A stretch of DNA of 64,000 bases from the human T2T-CHM13v2.0 reference genome, Homo sapiens: NCBI RefSeq assembly GCF_009914755.1, contig NC_060927.1. One strand, written 5' to 3'. Position numbers and translations under genes: made by a program. How positions within the stretch are numbered: the stretch's first letter is position 1; each line of letters starts with the position of its first letter. Of this stretch, positions 60,456-64,000 are shown in pieces. The notes below the pieces were generated by a model. That model made no database searches and had not been told where the DNA came from. It worked only from the letters and a program-made list of their open reading frames with translations.

Positions 60456-63400
60456 TATTTTCTTTTTTTTAAATTTTTGTAGGTACATAGTAGGTGATAT
60501 GGTTTGGCTCTGTGTCCCCACCCAAATCTCATCTTGAATTGTACTCCCATAATTCCCACATGTTGTGGGAGGGACTCGGTGGGAGATAATTTGAATCATG
60601 GGGAAAGTTTCTTCTATACTGTTCTCATGGTAGTGAATAAGTCTCATGAAAGCTGTTGGTTTTATCAAGGGTTTCCGCTTTTGCATCTTCTTCATTTTCT
60701 CCTGCCACTGCCATGTAAGAAGTGCCTTTTGTCTCCCACCATGATTCTGAGGCCTTCCCAGCCATGTGGAACTGTTAGTCCAATTAAACCTTTTTTTTCT
60801 TCCCAGTCCTGGGTATGTCTTCATCAGCAGTGTGAAAACAGACTAATACAGAAGGTGTATATATTTATGGGGTACATAAGATGTTTTGATACAGGCATGC
60901 AATGTGAAATAATCACATCATGGAGAATGATGTAGCCATCCCCTCAAGTATTTATCCTTTGTGTTACCAACAATCCAATTACACTCTTTATTTTTAAATT
61001 TACAATTGTCATTGACTGTAATCACTCTATTGTGCTGTCAAATAATAGGTCTTACGCTTTTTAACTAATTTTTTGTGCCTATTAACCATCCCCACCTGGC
61101 CCCCAGTCCACCACTACCCTTCCCAGCCTCTGATAACCATCCCTCTACTCTCTATGTCCATAGGTTCAATTGTTTTGATTTTTACACCCCACAAATAAGA
61201 CATTTTATGTTTGTCTTTCTGTTCCTGCCTTGTTTCACTTGTAATAATCTCCAGTTCCATCCATGTTGTTAAAAATGACTGGATCTCATAATTTTTATGG
61301 CTGAATAGTACTCCATTGTGTGTATGTACCACATTTTCGTTATCTATCCATCTGTTGGTGGACACTGAGGATGCTTCCAAATTTGACTATTGTGAACAAT
61401 GCTGCAAAAAACATGGGAGGGAAGTTTTTTTGTATACACTGATTTTCTTTCTTTTTGGTATATATGCAGCAGGAGGATTTCTGGATCATATGGTAGCTCT
61501 ATTTTTAGTTTTTTGAGGAGCCTCCAGTGTACACCCTCACCAGCATTTGTTATTGCATGTCTTTTGAACATAAGCCATTTTAACTGGGGTCAGATGATAT
61601 CTCATTCTGGTTTTAATTTGCATTTTTCTGAAGATCAATGATGTTGAGCACCTTTTCATATGTCTGTTTGCCACTTGTATGTCTTATTTTAAGAAATGTC
61701 TATTCAAAACTTTTGCCCATTTTTAGAACAGATTATTAGATTTTTTTCCTACAGAGGTGGTTGAGATCCTTATGTATTCTAGTTATTAGTCTCTTGTAGA
61801 TAGTTTACAGATACTTTCTCCCCTTCTGTGGGTTGTCTCTTCACTTTGTTGTTTTTCTTTTCTGTGCAGAAGCTTTTTAACTTGATACAATCCCATTTGT
61901 CCATGTTTGCTTTGATTGTCTGTGTTTGTGGGGTATTACTCAAAAAATTTTTTGCTCAATGTCCTGGAGATTTCCCCAAATGTTTTCTTCTAGGAGTCTC
62001 ATAGTTTGAGGTCTTAGATTTAAGTCTTTAATCCATTTTGATTTTATTTTTGTATATGGTGAGATATAGGGGTCTAGTTTCATTCTTCCGGATATGCATA
62101 TCCAATTTTCCCAGCATCATTTACTGAAGAGACTTTTTCCCCAGTGTATGTTGTTGGCACCTTTGTCAAAAATGAGTTCACTATATATTGTGTGGGTTTG
62201 TTTCTGGGTTCTCTATGCTATTCCATTGGTCAATGTGTCTGTTTTTATGCCATTTCCATGCTGTCTTGGTTACTATACCTCTGCAGTATAATTTGAAGTC
62301 AGGTATTGTGATTCCTCCAGTTTTGTCCTTTTGCTTAGGATAACTTTGTCTATTCTGGGTCTTTTGTTGTTCTGTATAAATTTTAGGATTGTTTTTTCTA
62401 TTTATGTGAAGAATGTCATTGGAATTTGACAGAGATTGCATCGAATCTGTAGATTGCTTAAGGTAGTATAAACTTTTTAACAATATTGATTCTTCCAATC
62501 TATAAACATAAAATATTTTTTCATTTTTTGGCATCTATTTACTTTCTTTTGTCAGGTTTTATAGTTTTTACTATAGAGACCTTTAGTTTCATTGGTTAAT
62601 TCCTAGTTATTTAATTTTATTTGTGGCTATTATAAATGGGATTACTTTTATGATTTCTTTTTCAGATTGTTCACAGTTGGCATTTAGAAATGTTACTGAT
62701 ATTTGTATGTTGATTTTGTATCCTGCTTTACTGAATTTGTTTATCAATTCTAATAGTTTTTTTGTGGAGGCTTTAGGTTTTTTAAAATATAAGATCATAT
62801 CATATGAAAACAAGGAAAACTGTGTATTTTCAAATAGCTTGTCTTCAAGCTCAGCAAGTCTTTCTTCTGCTTGAGCCATTCTGCTATTTAAGGACTGTGA
62901 TGCATTCTTCAGTATGCCAATTGCATTTTTCAGCTCCAGAATTTCTGCTTGATTCTTTTAAATTATTTCAATCTCTTTGTTAAATTTATATGATAGAATT
63001 CTGAATTCCTTCTCTGTGTTTTCTTGAATATCTTTTAGTTTCCTCAACACATATATTTTGAATTCTCTGTCTGGAAGGTCACATATCTGTCTCTCCAGGA
63101 TTGGTCCCTGCTGCCTTTATTAGTTCAGTCAGTGAGGTCATGTTTTCCTGGATGGTGTTGATGCTGGTAGATGTTCTTTGGTGTCTGGGCATTGAAGAGC
63201 TAGGTTTTTATTTTAGTCTTCACTGTCTGGGCTTGTTTGTACCTGTCCTTCTTAAAAAGACCTTCCAGGTATTTAAAAGGACTTGGGTGTTGTGATCTAA
63301 GTCATATCTACTTAGGGGGCACCCCAAACCCTGTAACACTGTGATTCTTATAGACTCTTAGAGGTACATCCTTGGTTGTCCTGGATAAGATCTATGAGAA

Positions 63401-64000
63401 TTCTCTGAATTACCAGACAGAGACTCTTGTTCTCTTCCCTTATGCTCTCCCAAACAAACAGAATCTCTGTCTCTGTTCTGAGCCAACTAAAGTTGGGGGT
63501 GGAGTGACATAAGCACCCCTGTGGCCATCACCACTATGACTGTGCTGGGTCAAACCTGTAGCTAGCACAGCACTGGGTCTCACCCAAGGCCTGCTACAAC
63601 CACTCCCTGGCTACTGCCTGTTTGCTCAAGGCCCTGGGGCTCTATATTCAGCAGGTGGTGAGGCTAGCCAGGCCTGTATCCTTCCTTTCAGGGTAGCAAG
63701 TTTTGTCAGGCCCTGGGTGGGTCCAGAGGTACCTGGCAATCAGTGACTAGGATCAAAAACCTTAGAAGTCTACCTGGTGTTCTATTGTATTGTGGCTGAG
63801 CTGGCACTCAAACCCAGAAGACACAGTCCTTCCCACTCTTCTCTCCCCTTTCCAAAGGCAGAGGAGCTTCACCCCAGGTCATGAGGAGTACTGCCAGACT
63901 ACTGCTGCCACCCCAGGCCACAAGGAGTACTGCTGATGTTTCCTTAAGGCCCCGGTGCTGTTAAGTCAGCTTGTAGTGAATGCTGCCTGGCCTGGGACTC
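60456..64000 (-). mobile_element. Second antisense L1MA-type element: 3'UTR, ORF2 3' part, large internal deletion at ~62820, ORF1 and 5'UTR (runs off the window)
   Basis: [33 protein letters not shown] (ORF2); EERLAELEDKLFENTQ (ORF1 coiled coil); 5'UTR-like sequence from ~63450. Confidence 0.85.
60495..60850 (+). mobile_element. Solo THE1A/B LTR inserted in the L1 3'UTR
   Basis: tgatatggtttggc…gactaataca; TSD GTAGG/GAAGG. Confidence 0.92.

Overview
This is human (hominoid) genomic DNA, AT-rich and dense in repeats. I found no supportable host protein-coding exon, RNA gene or CRISPR array. The species call rests on an AluYa5 carrying all five diagnostic bases and a young L1PA insertion. The main feature is a near-complete ~10 kb class I (gammaretrovirus-like) endogenous provirus at 41935-51981 (+). 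Its gag, pro, pol and env are close relatives of HERV-W/ERV9, and env is collinear with syncytin-1, but all are decayed. Its primer-binding site matches tRNA-Pro rather than Trp/Arg, and its ~500-530 bp LTRs do not match my recollection of LTR17, LTR12 or LTR30. The provirus splits an AluS (4-bp TSD CCAG) lying in an old L1M, and a young L1PA has inserted into its gag. The rest of the window holds a truncated HERV-S/HERVL18 element (tRNA-Ser PBS), a two-LTR MaLR, several solo THE1/MST LTRs, a full-length Tigger1, MER DNA transposons, L1/L2/MIR fragments, ten Alus (one AluYd-type, one AluYa5), local tandem duplications and a few candidate CTCF/enhancer sites. Repeat subfamily names come from remembered consensus sequences and need a Dfam/RepeatMasker check. 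I do not see a convincing novel functional system. The Pro-primed HERV-W-like provirus is the best candidate for something under-described.
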